Assembly (NCBI GenBank): GCA_043228905.1
Contig: JBHGNT010000001.1
Coordinates: forward strand, 29,264,001-29,328,000
DNA length: 64,000 nt
Source: Azolla caroliniana
Taxonomy: Eukaryota > Plantae > Polypodiophyta
Direction of reading: 5' to 3'
Part shown: positions 12,701 through 24,928 of the stretch, one piece after another
How positions within the stretch are numbered: position 1 is the first letter of the stretch
Layout: every line of letters starts with the position of its first letter
Notes under the pieces: generated by a model
The model's database searches: none
What the model saw: the letters and a program-made list of their open reading frames with translations, nothing else
Told to the model about the DNA's origin: nothing
Translations under genes and position numbers: made by a program

Positions 12701-14723
12701 CTGGCTCCTGGACGTCGCTGATCTGAACAGGGGTTTTCGTAGTGGCCCTAGCCCAATGCGGCTTCGCGTAGCGGCTTTCCGCCAACTCATCCTTTAGGGC
12801 CGTGTCTTCTAAGTGCTTCGTCCGCACTTCCACCAGCCTCTCCGGTTCTGGCTTCGTCAAGAGCCTCTTCCGCTTCACCAAGTCCACGATGGAGTCATGA
12901 AACTCCTTCCACCAGCCTCTCCGGTTCCGGCTCCGTCGAGAGCCTCTTCCGCTTCACCAAGTCCACGATGGAGTCGTGGAACTCCTTCTTGGGGATTCCA
13001 AGCACCTCCCGTAACGACAACTCGACCTTGCTGTTGAGAATTCTCTCTTCCAGGACCTTTCTCAGGTCCGTTGTTCGTTCAATTTCGGTGCTCAACCGGA
13101 AACCGGCCTGCTTCTTCTTCCCCGGCATGCCGTCGTTGGCGGCCTCATTCGGCTGCGGTCTGAACCGGGTCTTGTACCGTTGCGAGGGCCTGCCCCCTCC
13201 GGCCTTTCTCGCACGCTTGTCTTCTACCAGAACCTCGTAGTTCTGGCATGCGGCTACCACGAAGCTAGTCTTTTCTTCGACCGGGTCGTCCCATCCGGTG
13301 ACCTCCCGGATCTGTTGTTCCGCGCGGTCTACCTCTTCCTTCTTTAGTCGTACTCCGGAGAGACCGTCTAGCACCAGTGGCTAGAATCCGGAGTCCTTCG
13401 CTTTCCGGGTCTCTGCCGACGCCGAGTAGTTAACGGCCTCTGCATGTCGTGCCATGGCCTCTTCCATCAACCACTTCATTCCGCCGCGCCCCGTATTCAA
13501 CTCTAGAGCTTTTTGGGTCTCGCTCGCGTGCACCCGTCCGTTCCCAAGGTACACCATGTTGGTCCTGAGTGCCTCGGCAAAATCCGCACACTCTTTCCGG
13601 ATGTGGCCGACCGCGTCGCACCACATGCACTGCTGTGCCGCCGGCGGCCTTCGGTCACGAGACTGTTCGCCGTTGTCCCTCCGAGCTTGTGCAATTTGGA
13701 GATCTCGCACCATCTGCGACAACTCTTCTAGAGCCGCGCCTCCGGAGGGACCTTTGACCACTCCGCTCGAGGCTGAGCCCGTCTCAAGCCAACTCCGAGT
13801 TTCTTCCTTCCTAGCCGGTACTGACACCGGCTCCTCGAGCTCCCTCGCCGGGACCGGCCTTGCCGCCGACGAGCCCTCCTCGCTCCACTCACGCCGCTTG
13901 TCGAAACGACCGCAAACCCTCCTTACCATGGCCAAGTCTGTCGTGAGCCCTTCATCCGTTTCCAACAGGAGACCCACCTTCTCCCGATCCATGGCGTCCA
14001 CTGACTTGACGAATAGTAATACCCGGCTTGTGTCAAGCACGGTCCGGTCCAACGTTGACAGTCGTGCGAACCGTTTCTCGAACTCCTGGAGGAGCGCCGA
14101 CACGTTTCTCCCCTTTCTAGGGCTCTCAACCCATGCCATGAAGTCTCGCTTCGACAGCCGAAGCGAGTCATCAAACCCATACATATTGAGGAGCCGCAAC
14201 TCGAACTCCTCCCAAGTCTGGCATCCGGCTAGCGCCTCGAGAACCTCTGCGTGGATGCTCGGCGTCACCACCCGAGGGAATCCGGACAACCGTCTGTCCA
14301 CCGAGATATCCCTCATGATCATTTCGGCCCGGTAGGCCTCCAAGTAGCTCGTGGCATTCTTCCCACCGAATCGACCTATGGTGCTGACGATGGACTTAAT
14401 GGCCTTGTCGAGGGCACCTGTTCCCTCGCGAGCGCTCACTAGCCGGTCGACGGCTACGACCATAGCTTCAGCAAGCTCGGATCCCCTCATCCTTCACTCC
14501 TTTGCCGCCTGTTTCACGTCGGGTTCACCAAATATGTCGAGTTGTTACGCTCTTCGCGTGTGGAAAGAGGCTGGACTGCGGGGGCCATGAACCATGGAGC
14601 GGGAGAAAGAAGAGAGAGAGGGAGAAGTCTTGCAGAAACAACGAGGGAGAAGGAGAGAACAAAGTCTTAATTACAAATCAAACGATTACAACTGGCAAGC
14701 CAGCAACGGACCCAACTCAGGTG

Positions 14724-14759
<36 letters not shown>

Positions 14760-16370
14760 GCTCACACGCCAAGCACAAAAACGTGAAGGGAAAGCCTCTG
14801 ATGGAAGCGCACGGGCTGTCCACGAAGCAGAGGCGGCGATCTCCCAAAACCCGTAGAGAATGACCACTGAAGGAGGAGAGAGAGAGCTCGGTACACGGTC
14901 CGGCAACACTTCGTCCTCGCTAATCCACGATACCCCCATAGGCCATCGAGGCAGGCCGTTGCACCCTCGTTTTCCTCAAATTATTCTATGTCCTTTCGGA
15001 CAAAGATACTCGTTGATTCCCTGGACTTTCGATGCGTCACATCTAGTCTATTTACACTGACCGTCCTACTCCTAGTTATGTACAAGGTATTAATTAGTGT
15101 GAGAAAGTGTAGGGCCGGTTCATGCGCCCTGCTTCGCCGATTCCGCTTCTGGCCGGTTTTCTTCACGACACCGTTATATTAGTTGTAAAGGCAACCGCTT
15201 TTCTCTCAGATCTTCCCCCAATTCTCTCCCTTCAATGCCCTTTTATTCCTCTCCATCCGCGTGGCCATAAAGTACCTATCAAATCCTTACTACCTAGTAT
15301 TCCTTAACACTCAACTATTACTATGTTATTTATACACGTTTGTACACAAAAGGCAGTCTCAAGTACACCTGTGCACACCCTCGTTCATGTGCATCCGGAT
15401 ATGTTTCTCCTAGTAGTTGGAATTCCTCACAACAACGTATCCCGCAATCAATGAATTCCACGATACATAAATAGGAACCATTTGAATGCTTCTTTAGCAT
15501 ACTCATGTTCATGTTCATCATAATTTGCAATCAACACATTGCAACAAGCTATTCCTTAGAGTGAAACCAAAGTGGTTGCATCCTGAGACAAGCCATCGCA
15601 GCTCCTAACTTTGAACTATTTCAATCCTTCTTCAACATGCTCATAGTTAGCAACATGGAAGGCATGCTACCAAATGTATACATCTAATACAACACCTTTT
15701 GACAGTTTGACTCCACTCATCCTCAAAAAAATGAGAAAAACGCTCCCCAAATTTTAAAAGTAAATGAAAACATAATCAAGTTTCCTTATCACTCCTTAGA
15801 ACTACTTCATCGTCCATCTCTACCACTAACTTAGACTAAAAACATTTTCCTATCAAGATGGCTTCCTAGTAGTGTACAACAAATGTATCCAATATCCCTG
15901 TCACTCCATAAAAAATGCGTCCTCCTCCCATATCATCATCCTTCTCCAACACAAAATTATTTTTATGTTGTTCAAGTCAGTGGATGACTTCCCCAAACAA
16001 AGCCAATCCTTAAACCCCGCTCAATATCTAGTCTAATAGTATTAGTAAATGCAACATCCACCATCAACATCTGTCTATGGTAATTGCACAACAGGAGTGC
16101 ACCATAGTCCATCAACTATACAATAAAATCTATCAACCAAAACGATGTCGTGGATATCCGTGTGTATGTGTCGGAACGGGGTGGGACCAACGGGGCCTTG
16201 AACGAAGCAGTTGGTAAGAGAGGGTGAGGAGTCTTTCCGGAACACTTCGTCGGCACACAGGCTCACATGCTATCGATCCAGACCGGTCACCAGATATCGG
16301 TTGATGGGCACACATGCCCAAATATGTATACTATTTTAGACTACTGCCGGATACCGATTGATGAGCACAT

Positions 16371-16549
16371 GAGCTCAGAAACACAAATAACGCACAAGAT
16401 GGATGAAAACAGGAAAGGGAAATACTGGCTCAACACTGAGATGAGAATCAAACACAACAAACAAATGGATTAAATAACATCGGAATACAGTTGGACTCAG
16501 CCGGCAACAAAGCTTCATGCTCCCGAAGACACGCACAACCACATTGTAG
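16371..16549 (+). repeat. 179-bp target-site duplication, left copy (right copy 30491-30669)
   Basis: Ungapped alignment with 9 mismatches, all transitions; the host LTR continues after the right copy. Confidence 0.92.
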
Positions 16550-16904
16550 GGTTATGGACCTTACGTTTGGAACAAGGAGTGCGGAATGGTGGATCATCAA
16601 CGGGTGGAGGTAGGCGAAGAGGAAACACCACGCTCAATTTGAGCACACCCGAATCGAAGACGAGGTAGAAGAAAGGAGAGGGAGGTGGCATGATTAGGAA
16701 TAACAAAAAGGAAGGGGGGTGGGGAGTTAAACACTAAGATTAAAAACATAAACACTAAAACAAAAAACATAACCTGACAACTAACATACATAAATCTAAA
16801 TCTAGAAACATGAACCTAAAAATAAAGTAAAGGGTGGGGTAATTAGAAAGAAATTAAAAGATAGGGTTAAAGGGAGGGGGATTAACATACTAATTAAAAT
16901 AAAG

Positions 16905-17120
16905 TGAGAGAGAGAGAGAGATTAAAACATAAGTAAACCTAAGATTAAAACTAAAGAGAGAGAGAGAGATTAAAACATAAATAAACCTAAGATTAAAACT
17001 AAAGAGAGAGAGAGAGAGATTAAAACATAAATAAACCTAAGATTAAAATGAAAGAGAGAGAGAGAGAGAGGGAGGGAGAGAGATTAAAATATAAATAAAC
17101 CTAAGATTAAGACTAAAACA
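16905..17120. repeat. ~4 tandem copies of (GA)n-ATTAAAACATAAATAAACCTAAGATTAAAACTAAA in the non-coding unit
   Basis: Direct reading. Confidence 0.85.
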
Positions 17121-18204
17121 TGAGACTAAAAACATAATTAAAATTTAAAACGAGGGTTACGGGGAGGGAAGAGGATTACCATACTAATAAAAATGAAAGA
17201 GAGAGGTGCTATTACGAACTAGAGAAACATAATTAAAACACGATTAAAAGAGAGAGGGAGAGGGGGAGAAACATAATTAAAAACATGTAATTAACATTAT
17301 AAATGAAAAATTACATGGGGTTTGAGGTATGGTCTTATGGCAAACTAGTTTCGCCCATCACGGTGTCGTGAAGAAAACCGTCCATAGGCGGAATCGGCGC
17401 ACCCAGGCGTGGGAACCGGTTCTTCACGCGCACAAGCTCCAAGTTGTACATAGAAGCGAATTAGGAGGATAATCGGCAGGAACGGGCCCTAACACAAGTG
17501 GAGACAAAGACCGCGCGAACAGTCTTTTCGGTCGCGCGCGCGAGCGAAGGAACTGTACGAGTCGGCGGCGTAACTACGCGGACGCGTGAAGGACGGAGCG
17601 GATCCCTGTCCAAAAGGGACAGGGAATAAAGCTGACATGACGGCCTGCTCGTCGGCCTATATAAGGAGCAGGAAAGAGCTGTTGCAGGCATCTCGCGCAG
17701 AGAGGACGAAGTGCTGTCGGACCGTTTCTGGACGCTTCTCTCTCTGTTTCCTTCCTTCTTGAGCTCCATAGCTTTTCTGTGCAGGGTTCCGAGGAGGCTC
17801 GCGCTGTTTCGAGGAACGCCCGAGTGCTTCCGGCAGCACCTCCGACCGACCTGCTACCCCTTTGTGCGTCGAAGCGAACAGGCATCGGCATCTGTTCGCC
17901 GGCCTGTTCGGTTGTAACCAACCTGTGCCCCATCGAGGGTTGTAGTCGTGTTAGCCATTTTTCTTAATATACATATTTAGTCATTCGCATCTGTCTGTGT
18001 CGGTGTCTGTTCGCGTTCTCCGTGCTGAAGGGCCGTGTCCCTGTGTATCCCCGGTCCTGCGTAGCCGGTTCTCTCTCTTTCTCCTCCCTCGCTTGCTCTT
18101 TGGTTCGAGACCCCCGCGGTCCCGCCTCGTTTCCACACGCACTTGCGTAATATCTCGACATCTTTGGTGAACCCGACGTGAAAGAGGCGGCAGAAGAGTA
18201 GAAG

Positions 18205-20331
18205 ATGAGGGGGTCGGATCTTGCAGAGGCCATGGCTTCGGCCGTGGATCGGATTGTAAACGCGCGCGAGGGCACCGGTGCCCTCGACAGAGCTATTGAG
18301 GCGGTCGTCGGCACGATCGGCCGGTTCGATGGGAAGGATGCCACGAAGTATTTGGCGTCCTACGGTGCAGAGATGCTGATGCGGGACATTCCGGAAGAAA
18401 GGCGTCTTGCCGGATTTCCCCGAGTGGCGATGCCGAGCATCCATGCGGAGGTGCTCGAGGTGCGGGCGGAGAGCCGTACCTGGGAGGAGTTCGAAGGTCG
18501 GCTCCTAGAGAAATACGGGCTGGACGACGCGCTCCGGCTTTCGAAGCGAAGGTTCATGGAATGGGTGGAGTCCCCGGGGAAGGGAAGAAACGCGTCGGCA
18601 CTCCTCCGGGAGTTCGAGGAAAACTTTGCGCGCCTTTCGGCGCTCGACCGAACCATCCTGGACACGAGCCGGGTCTTGCTGTTTGTCAAGTCGGTCGACG
18701 AGTGGGATCGGGAGCAAGTGGGCCTCTTGCTGGAAACCGAAGACGGGCTCACTACCGACTGGGCGGTTGTCAAGAAAGTCTGTGGCCGTTTCGACAAACG
18801 GCGAGAATGGGCGGATAACGGGGCAGCCGGGTCGGGCTCGGTCGCAGCAAGGAAGCTCGAACCAGCGCCACAGGTGCGAAAGGAAGAGACCCGAGAGTGG
18901 TTGGAAACCGGTTCGGCTTCGACCGGCGTAGTCAGAGGCTCAACCGGAGGAGCAGCGCTGGAGGAATTGACGAGGGCGATAAAGGACCTCCAAATCGCGC
19001 AAGCCCGAAGGGAAGGTGGCGAACCGGCTCGTGACCGACGGCCGGCGGCAGGAAACAGGTGCATGTGGTGCGATGAAGTCGGCCACATTCGGAAGGACTG
19101 CGGCGACTTCGCGGAGGCGCTGAGGAACAGGGTGGTGTACCTGTGGGAAGGACGGGTGCATGCCAGCGACACCCGAAGGGCCCTGAGCCGAAACGACGGG
19201 CGAGGTGGTATGAAAAGGTTGATGGAAGAGGCGGCGGCCCGACACGCGGAAACCGTCCACTACTCGGCGTCGGCCGGCATTCGAGTCGGGGGCGGCGAGG
19301 CCCGAAGGGAAAGCAAAGCCGGATTCTGGCCGACGATGCTGGAAGGCCTTGCCGGTGCAAGGCTTAAAAGGGAGGAATCGGACCGTGTGGAGAAACGGGT
19401 ATGGGAGATGACCGGGTGGAGCGACCCGGTCGAGGAAAAGACGGGCTTCGTGGAAGCTGCTTGCCAGAACTACGAGGCTCTGGTAGAAGAGAAGCGGGTG
19501 GGGAAACCCGGGACGACCGGGCCCTCACAACGATACGAGACCCGGTCCGGCCCACGATGGGACGAAGCCGGCGAGGCCGGTACGCAAGATAAACCCCAGA
19601 AGGGCGGGTACCGTCTGGGGACGGAGATAGAAAGGACCACGGACTTACGAAAGGTCCTGGAGGAACGGATCCTCGACAGCAAGGTGGAGCTGTCGTTACG
19701 AGAGGTGCTGGGAATCGCCAAGAAGGAGTTCCATGACTCCATCGTGGACTTGGTGAAACGGAAGAGGCTGTCAACGGAGACAGAACCGGAGAGACCGGTG
19801 GAAGTGCGGACGACGCACCTAGACGACATGGCGCTGGGAGACGAGTGGGCGGAAAGCCACTATTCGAGACCACACTGGGCCCGAGCGACCACGGAAACCC
19901 CGGTGAAGATCGGCGATGTCCAGGAACCGGTGATAGCTTTGGTGGACCACGGATCGGAGATCAATTTGATGTCCATGGACTTCTATAAGAAGGGCAAATG
20001 GCCGATCAACACCAAGCACGGGTGGAAAATAAGGGCAGCAACGCGCGCCACCGAGGAACTGCACGGGGCCTGTCCGAATGTGCGAGTCAAGATCGGCGAC
20101 GTCGAGATTGACCAGCACTTCTTCGTGCAGGAGACGTCTTCACATCCGGTCATTCTGGGAGAGCCGTACATCACGGCGGCGCGAATGGAGACCAAAGTGC
20201 TGGACAATGGTTCGGCCTACGCGAGGGTCAAAAGCCAAGACGGGCGCCATTCGGTCCAGTTTCTGACGGTACGGCCGAACCACGAACGTAACCGCGATTC
20301 CCTTGGTTCCGAAAACCGAGAGGATTTTTAG
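18205..20331 (+). CDS. gag: Gag-protease
   Basis: CCHC knuckle CMWCDEVGHIRKDC; aspartic protease LVDHGSEIN. Confidence 0.95.
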   Translation: MRGSDLAEAMASAVDRIVNAREGTGALDRAIEAVVGTIGRFDGKDATKYLASYGAEMLMRDIPEERRLAGFPRVAMPSIHAEVLEVRAESRTWEEFEGRLLEKYGLDDALRLSKRRFMEWVESPGKGRNASALLREFEENFARLSALDRTILDTSRVLLFVKSVDEWDREQVGLLLETEDGLTTDWAVVKKVCGRFDKRREWADNGAAGSGSVAARKLEPAPQVRKEETREWLETGSASTGVVRGSTGGAALEELTRAIKDLQIAQARREGGEPARDRRPAAGNRCMWCDEVGHIRKDCGDFAEALRNRVVYLWEGRVHASDTRRALSRNDGRGGMKRLMEEAAARHAETVHYSASAGIRVGGGEARRESKAGFWPTMLEGLAGARLKREESDRVEKRVWEMTGWSDPVEEKTGFVEAACQNYEALVEEKRVGKPGTTGPSQRYETRSGPRWDEAGEAGTQDKPQKGGYRLGTEIERTTDLRKVLEERILDSKVELSLREVLGIAKKEFHDSIVDLVKRKRLSTETEPERPVEVRTTHLDDMALGDEWAESHYSRPHWARATTETPVKIGDVQEPVIALVDHGSEINLMSMDFYKKGKWPINTKHGWKIRAATRATEELHGACPNVRVKIGDVEIDQHFFVQETSSHPVILGEPYITAARMETKVLDNGSAYARVKSQDGRHSVQFLTVRPNHERNRDSLGSENREDF

Positions 20332-20453
20332 AGAGGACTGCCAAGGCGTGGGGCCGCGACAGTCCGGATGCTCCGGAAAAACCCCACATCTGTACGGTAA
20401 AACCGTGTACAATAGGTAGGAAATTTTGCTTCTCCGACAGCGGAGCATGTACG

Positions 20454-23400
20454 ATGGTCGGCATCACCGGCCGAGAGAAAACAAAGACGGAGGGGAGACT
20501 TCGGGCGTGCGGAGTTCTCGGCCCTGACGAAGGAATCAACGGAGCCGTGGAGGCAGTCTCCTTCGACGACACCTTGGGAATGCTGGGGAAGGTAGTCGAA
20601 GAAGACCTTAACGAAGACCGGACGATACCGGTATGTTCCGAAGAAATGTACGAAGTCATCGCGGACTTCGGTCGAGGGCTCGAGTCGGAACGGACGGCCC
20701 GAGTTAGCACCAAGTACAAGACTGTGGACCGGAAGGTGAGGCCAGTTGCGGCGCCCTTACCGGAGGGCAGCGAATCCCGAATCAAAGGGGTTGCATCGGA
20801 CCCCAGCTTACGAGATCCGGCCTGCATAGGACACACCTTCACCAACGAGACGCTCCGCGAGCTGAAGGTCGGTGGGGGCGGGTTCCTACTGCCGGCGGAG
20901 GAAGACCGGTTTCGGAGAATGCTCGGAAGGCACGGGAAAGCCTTCGCATTCTCGCCGGAGGAAATCGGGTGCGTGGACCCGACGATCGTAGAGCCGATGG
21001 TGATATTCACGGTACCGCATGTACCGTGGAATCTCAAGCCAATTTCGGTTCCGAGAGCTCACATCCCGAAGTTGATGGAGCTGTTGAAGCAGAAAGTTGA
21101 TATGGGCATTCTCGAGCCGTCGAGCGCCCCGTATTCAAACCGCTGGTTTACCGTACCAAAGAAAAACGGATCATTGCGCTTCATTCAGGACCTGCAGCCG
21201 GTCAATAGAGTGACCATTCGGAACGCAGGGATCGGACCGACCATAGACGAGTTCGCGGAGGCCTTCGCCGGAAGGTCGATTTACTCGGTCGGTGATCTAT
21301 ACTCAGGGTACGACCAGTTCCAGCTAGCCGTGGAGAGCAGAGACATTACGACGATGCGAACTCCCCTCGGCCTAGTGCGGATGTGTACGCTTCCGCAAGG
21401 AGGGACCAACTCGGTGGCCCACATGGTGAATGCGATGAACAAGGTGCTGAGGGACTGCATCCCGGACATCACCATGCCGTTTCTAGACGACATCCCGATC
21501 AAGGGATGCCCGGTAGAAGAGAAGGACGAGACGATCGGGCCGGACGGATGCCGGCGATTCGTGATGACGCACATCGACGACTGCGAGAAGGTGCTGCAAA
21601 GGCTAGAGGATGCGAGGCTCACCTTCTCGGGGGAGAAATCAGCCTTCGGGCAGTCGGAAATCATGGTGGTCGGACACTTATGTGGGCCATATGGCTGGAA
21701 ACCGTCTCCGGCAAAGGTAGAAGCCATCTCCGCGATGAAGCCCGACTGCAGCTCGGTCACGGAAGTACGAAGATTCCTGGGGGCATGCGCATTCTACCAC
21801 ATATGGATCCCGCATTACGCCCACGTTGCGGAGCCGCTATACGGATTATTGAAGAAAGGGCGAAGATTCGAATGGCTAGACAAGCACACGGAGTCGGTCC
21901 GGAAGCTGAAGGAGGCTCTTTCGGCAGCACCGGCGCTCCGAAAGGCCGTCTACAGGAAGGGCATCCCAGTGTACATAACGGTTGACACGAGTCCGACCGG
22001 AATCGGGTGGGTCGTCAACCAAGAAGACGAGGACGGCAATCGGTTTCCGATCCGATTCGGCGCGAAGGTCCTCAGTGAGCGGCAGCGAGGATACGCCCAG
22101 GTTAAACGCGAACTCTGGGGTATCGTTTCGGCGGTGAAGGCCGACAAGGACTATCTGATCGGGACAGAGGTAATCATAGAGACGGATTGCATGCCGATTC
22201 TCGGCATGGTTTCCGGATGCGCGACGCCGGACCTAGCAATGCTCAGGTGGATAGCGTACATCAAGTCCCTGGACCCGGGAATACGACACATTTCCGGGAA
22301 AGACAACGCCATGGCCGACATGCTTTCAAGGGCGAGATTCGATGACGAGGGCGGCATGGTTTCGGAGGACGAAGAGGTCGGCGTGGACTTCTTCGAGACT
22401 GCGTATGTGACAACCGACGGAACAAGCACTTCGGCGCTTAACGACTTCGACGCGAGCAAGTACGACGGGGAGTGGTTGCAGATCGGTGGGTTTTTGAAGA
22501 CAATGACGCCCGATGCGTCATGGACGAAGGACGAGGCCAACCGGATCCGGAAGAAAGCGTACCGGTTCTTTCTCCGGGATGGATACTTGTGGAGGCACCC
22601 GAAGAAGAGGAACGGCGTCCCGCTCCGGGTGGTGGCAATGAAGGAAGATCAGGAGGAGCTGCTAGCGGCCTACCACGACAGCCCTTGGGCTGGACACCGT
22701 GGAACATGGGCTACGTTTGAGAAATTGAAGGGGAAGTATTGGTGGCCGGGGCAGTACCAGGACGTGCATCGGTTCGTGACAACTTGCGAGAGCTGTCAGA
22801 TGCACTCCATAGTCCGACATCGAGACGAGCTTCACCCTACGTACCCTCCGGCCATCCATTTCAAATGGATGGTAGATCTGGTAACGATGCCAATGGGAGT
22901 AGGACAGATGCGGTACCTGGTCCTAGCGCGGGAGGATCTGACGAACCAGGTGGAAGGCCGGGCCCTTCCGAACAAAACGACCGCGGCCGTATGTCGGTTC
23001 CTAATCGAGGACGTGATATGCCGGTACGGGTGCGTCGGGAAGATCGTGGCTGACCGAGGGGAGTTGGACGCCGAAGAAGCCGCGGAGCTGTTGGACCGGC
23101 TGGGAGTCAAGCTCTCGCTCACCACTGCGTACAATCCGGAGGCGAATGGAAAGGTGGAGCGCGGACACGGGCCGATTGTCAAGGCGCTGGTTCGAGCATG
23201 CGGAGGCCGAGTTGGTAACTGGCCGCGGCTGCTACCTTATGCTTTGTGGGCGGACCGGACTACGCACAGTTCGGTAACCGGGTACATGCCGACGGAGCTC
23301 ATGTTCGGCCAGAAGCCGATCATGCCGATGGAACGGACGATCTCCTCATGGGCAACGGTCGATTGGAGGGACGAGATGAGCCGGGAGGAGTTGTTGGCCG

Positions 23401-23810
23401 CGCGTATACGACAACTCGAGCGGAGACCGGAGGACGTGGAACTGGCTGCGGAGAAGCTCCGGGTGGCGAGGACAAAGAACAAAGCCAGGTTCGACCGAAC
23501 GCACCGGCTCCGACCGAAGAAAATCGAAGAAGGTGACTGGGTGCTCGTCTACGACAGCAGCCTCGACAACCAGCACCGAGCCACACGGAAGTTCGCACGA
23601 AGGTGGTTCGGGCCTTACGTGGTACGGAGCGCCAATGACAACGGGACATATCACCTGGCGGAACTCGACGGCACGAGAGTGGCGATACCGGTTGTAGGGA
23701 AGCGGATCAAAGCGTTCAAGAAGCGACATTACGACGAGCCAGACCCGGCTCTCCTAGTCAGCAGTGACGAACGATCCGAAAACGAGGAAGAACCGACGGG
23801 CGAGGAATGA
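20454..23810 (+). CDS. pol: Pol (RT-RNaseH-IN), probably reached by -1 frameshift at ~20322-20328
   Basis: LPQG and FLDD RT motifs, RNaseH TVDTS/ETD, IN HHCC and DDE; frame is open back to the gag stop. Confidence 0.95.
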   Translation: MVGITGREKTKTEGRLRACGVLGPDEGINGAVEAVSFDDTLGMLGKVVEEDLNEDRTIPVCSEEMYEVIADFGRGLESERTARVSTKYKTVDRKVRPVAAPLPEGSESRIKGVASDPSLRDPACIGHTFTNETLRELKVGGGGFLLPAEEDRFRRMLGRHGKAFAFSPEEIGCVDPTIVEPMVIFTVPHVPWNLKPISVPRAHIPKLMELLKQKVDMGILEPSSAPYSNRWFTVPKKNGSLRFIQDLQPVNRVTIRNAGIGPTIDEFAEAFAGRSIYSVGDLYSGYDQFQLAVESRDITTMRTPLGLVRMCTLPQGGTNSVAHMVNAMNKVLRDCIPDITMPFLDDIPIKGCPVEEKDETIGPDGCRRFVMTHIDDCEKVLQRLEDARLTFSGEKSAFGQSEIMVVGHLCGPYGWKPSPAKVEAISAMKPDCSSVTEVRRFLGACAFYHIWIPHYAHVAEPLYGLLKKGRRFEWLDKHTESVRKLKEALSAAPALRKAVYRKGIPVYITVDTSPTGIGWVVNQEDEDGNRFPIRFGAKVLSERQRGYAQVKRELWGIVSAVKADKDYLIGTEVIIETDCMPILGMVSGCATPDLAMLRWIAYIKSLDPGIRHISGKDNAMADMLSRARFDDEGGMVSEDEEVGVDFFETAYVTTDGTSTSALNDFDASKYDGEWLQIGGFLKTMTPDASWTKDEANRIRKKAYRFFLRDGYLWRHPKKRNGVPLRVVAMKEDQEELLAAYHDSPWAGHRGTWATFEKLKGKYWWPGQYQDVHRFVTTCESCQMHSIVRHRDELHPTYPPAIHFKWMVDLVTMPMGVGQMRYLVLAREDLTNQVEGRALPNKTTAAVCRFLIEDVICRYGCVGKIVADRGELDAEEAAELLDRLGVKLSLTTAYNPEANGKVERGHGPIVKALVRACGGRVGNWPRLLPYALWADRTTHSSVTGYMPTELMFGQKPIMPMERTISSWATVDWRDEMSREELLAARIRQLERRPEDVELAAEKLRVARTKNKARFDRTHRLRPKKIEEGDWVLVYDSSLDNQHRATRKFARRWFGPYVVRSANDNGTYHLAELDGTRVAIPVVGKRIKAFKKRHYDEPDPALLVSSDERSENEEEPTGEE

Positions 23811-24698
23811 AGACGGGCCGGTTTTCTCCGTCCCAACTCTCTTGGCGCATACCGGAGGATGCGCGGTTAGGTGGGGGCGGATGTCGTGAAGAAAACCGTC
23901 CATAGGCGGAATCGGCGCACCCAGGCGTGGGAACCGGTTCTTCACGCGCGCAAGCTCCAAGTTGTACATAGAAGCGAATTAGGAGGATAATCGGCAGGAA
24001 CGGGCCCTAACACAAGTGGAGACAAAGACCGCGCGAACAGTCTTTTCGGTCGCGCGCGCGAGCGAAGGAACTGTACGAGTCGGCGGCGTAACTACGCGGA
24101 CGCGTGAAGGACGGAGCGGATCCCTGTCCAAAAGGGACAGGGAATAAAGCTGACATGACGGCCTGCTCGTCGGCCTATATAAGGAGCAGGAAAGAGCTGT
24201 TGCAGGCATCTCGCGCAGAGAGGACGAAGTGCTGTCGGACCGTTTCTGGACGCTTCTCTCTCTGTTTCCTTCCTTCTTGAGCTCCATAGCTTTTCTGTGC
24301 AGGGTTCCGAGGAGGCTCGCGCTGTTTCGAGGAACGCCCGAGTGCTTCCGGCAGCACCTCCGACCGACCTGCTACCCCTTTGTGCGTCGAAGCGAACAGG
24401 CATCGGCATCTGTTCGCCGGCCTGTTCGGTTGTAACCAACCTGTGCCCCATCGAGGGTTGTAGTCGTGTTAGCCATTTTTCTTAATATACATATTTAGTC
24501 ATTCGCATCTGTCTGTGTCGGTGTCTGTTCGCGTTCTCCGTGCTGAAGGGCCGTGTCCCTGTGTATCCCCGGTCCTGCGTAGCCGGTTCTCTCTCTTTCT
24601 CCTCCCTCGCTTGCTCTTTGGTTCGAGACCCCCGCGGTCCCGCCTCGTTTCCACACGCACTTGCGTAATATCTCGACAACGGGCTCATCAGTGCCAAC

Positions 24699-24867
24699 CA
24701 TAGTTCTAGCCATACGTCCCATTCGTGTCATACTCAAACGCCAATATTCGTATCATACTCATACGTGAAAAGGCTCCAAGTATGATTGAAATCCATACGC
24801 GGTACATAGATATATTATATATACATATGGTGTATATGGTGTACATAGTGTGTGTGTGTTTGAGGGG

Positions 24868-24928
<61 letters not shown>

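Larger units (their letters stand above)
4503..15170 (-). mobile_element. Ty3/gypsy LTR retrotransposon (family C), degenerate, with nested element at 6899-10563
   Basis: LTRs 14535-15170 (5') and 4503-5124 (3'). tRNA-Trp PBS ~14514-14530, PPT next to 5125. gag 13381-14490, PR 12330-12887, RT (FLDD) 10542-11678, IN 5694-6242. Multiple stops/frameshifts; ~75-bp duplication near 12830-12985. Confidence 0.95.
3644..15434 (-). mobile_element. Solo gypsy LTR (family B) split by nested insertions; LTR pieces ~3644-4050 and 15171-15434
   Basis: Both ends match the LTR at 16146...31109. 4-bp TSD ACGT at 3640-3643 and 15435-15438. Confidence 0.8.
17364..24678 (+). mobile_element. Intact, very young Ty3/gypsy LTR retrotransposon (tRNA-Trp PBS, FLDD RT, no evident chromodomain)
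   Basis: 797-bp LTRs 17364-18160 and 23882-24678 with one mismatch seen. TSD ACGG. PBS TGGTGAACCCGACGTGA ~18165-18181. PPT GGTGGGGGCGGA. Confidence 0.98.

Noticed and set aside
13454-14335. Long antisense ORFs over gag/pol (also 18360-19172 and 20228-21037)
   Set aside because: Expected shadow ORFs of GC-rich coding sequence.
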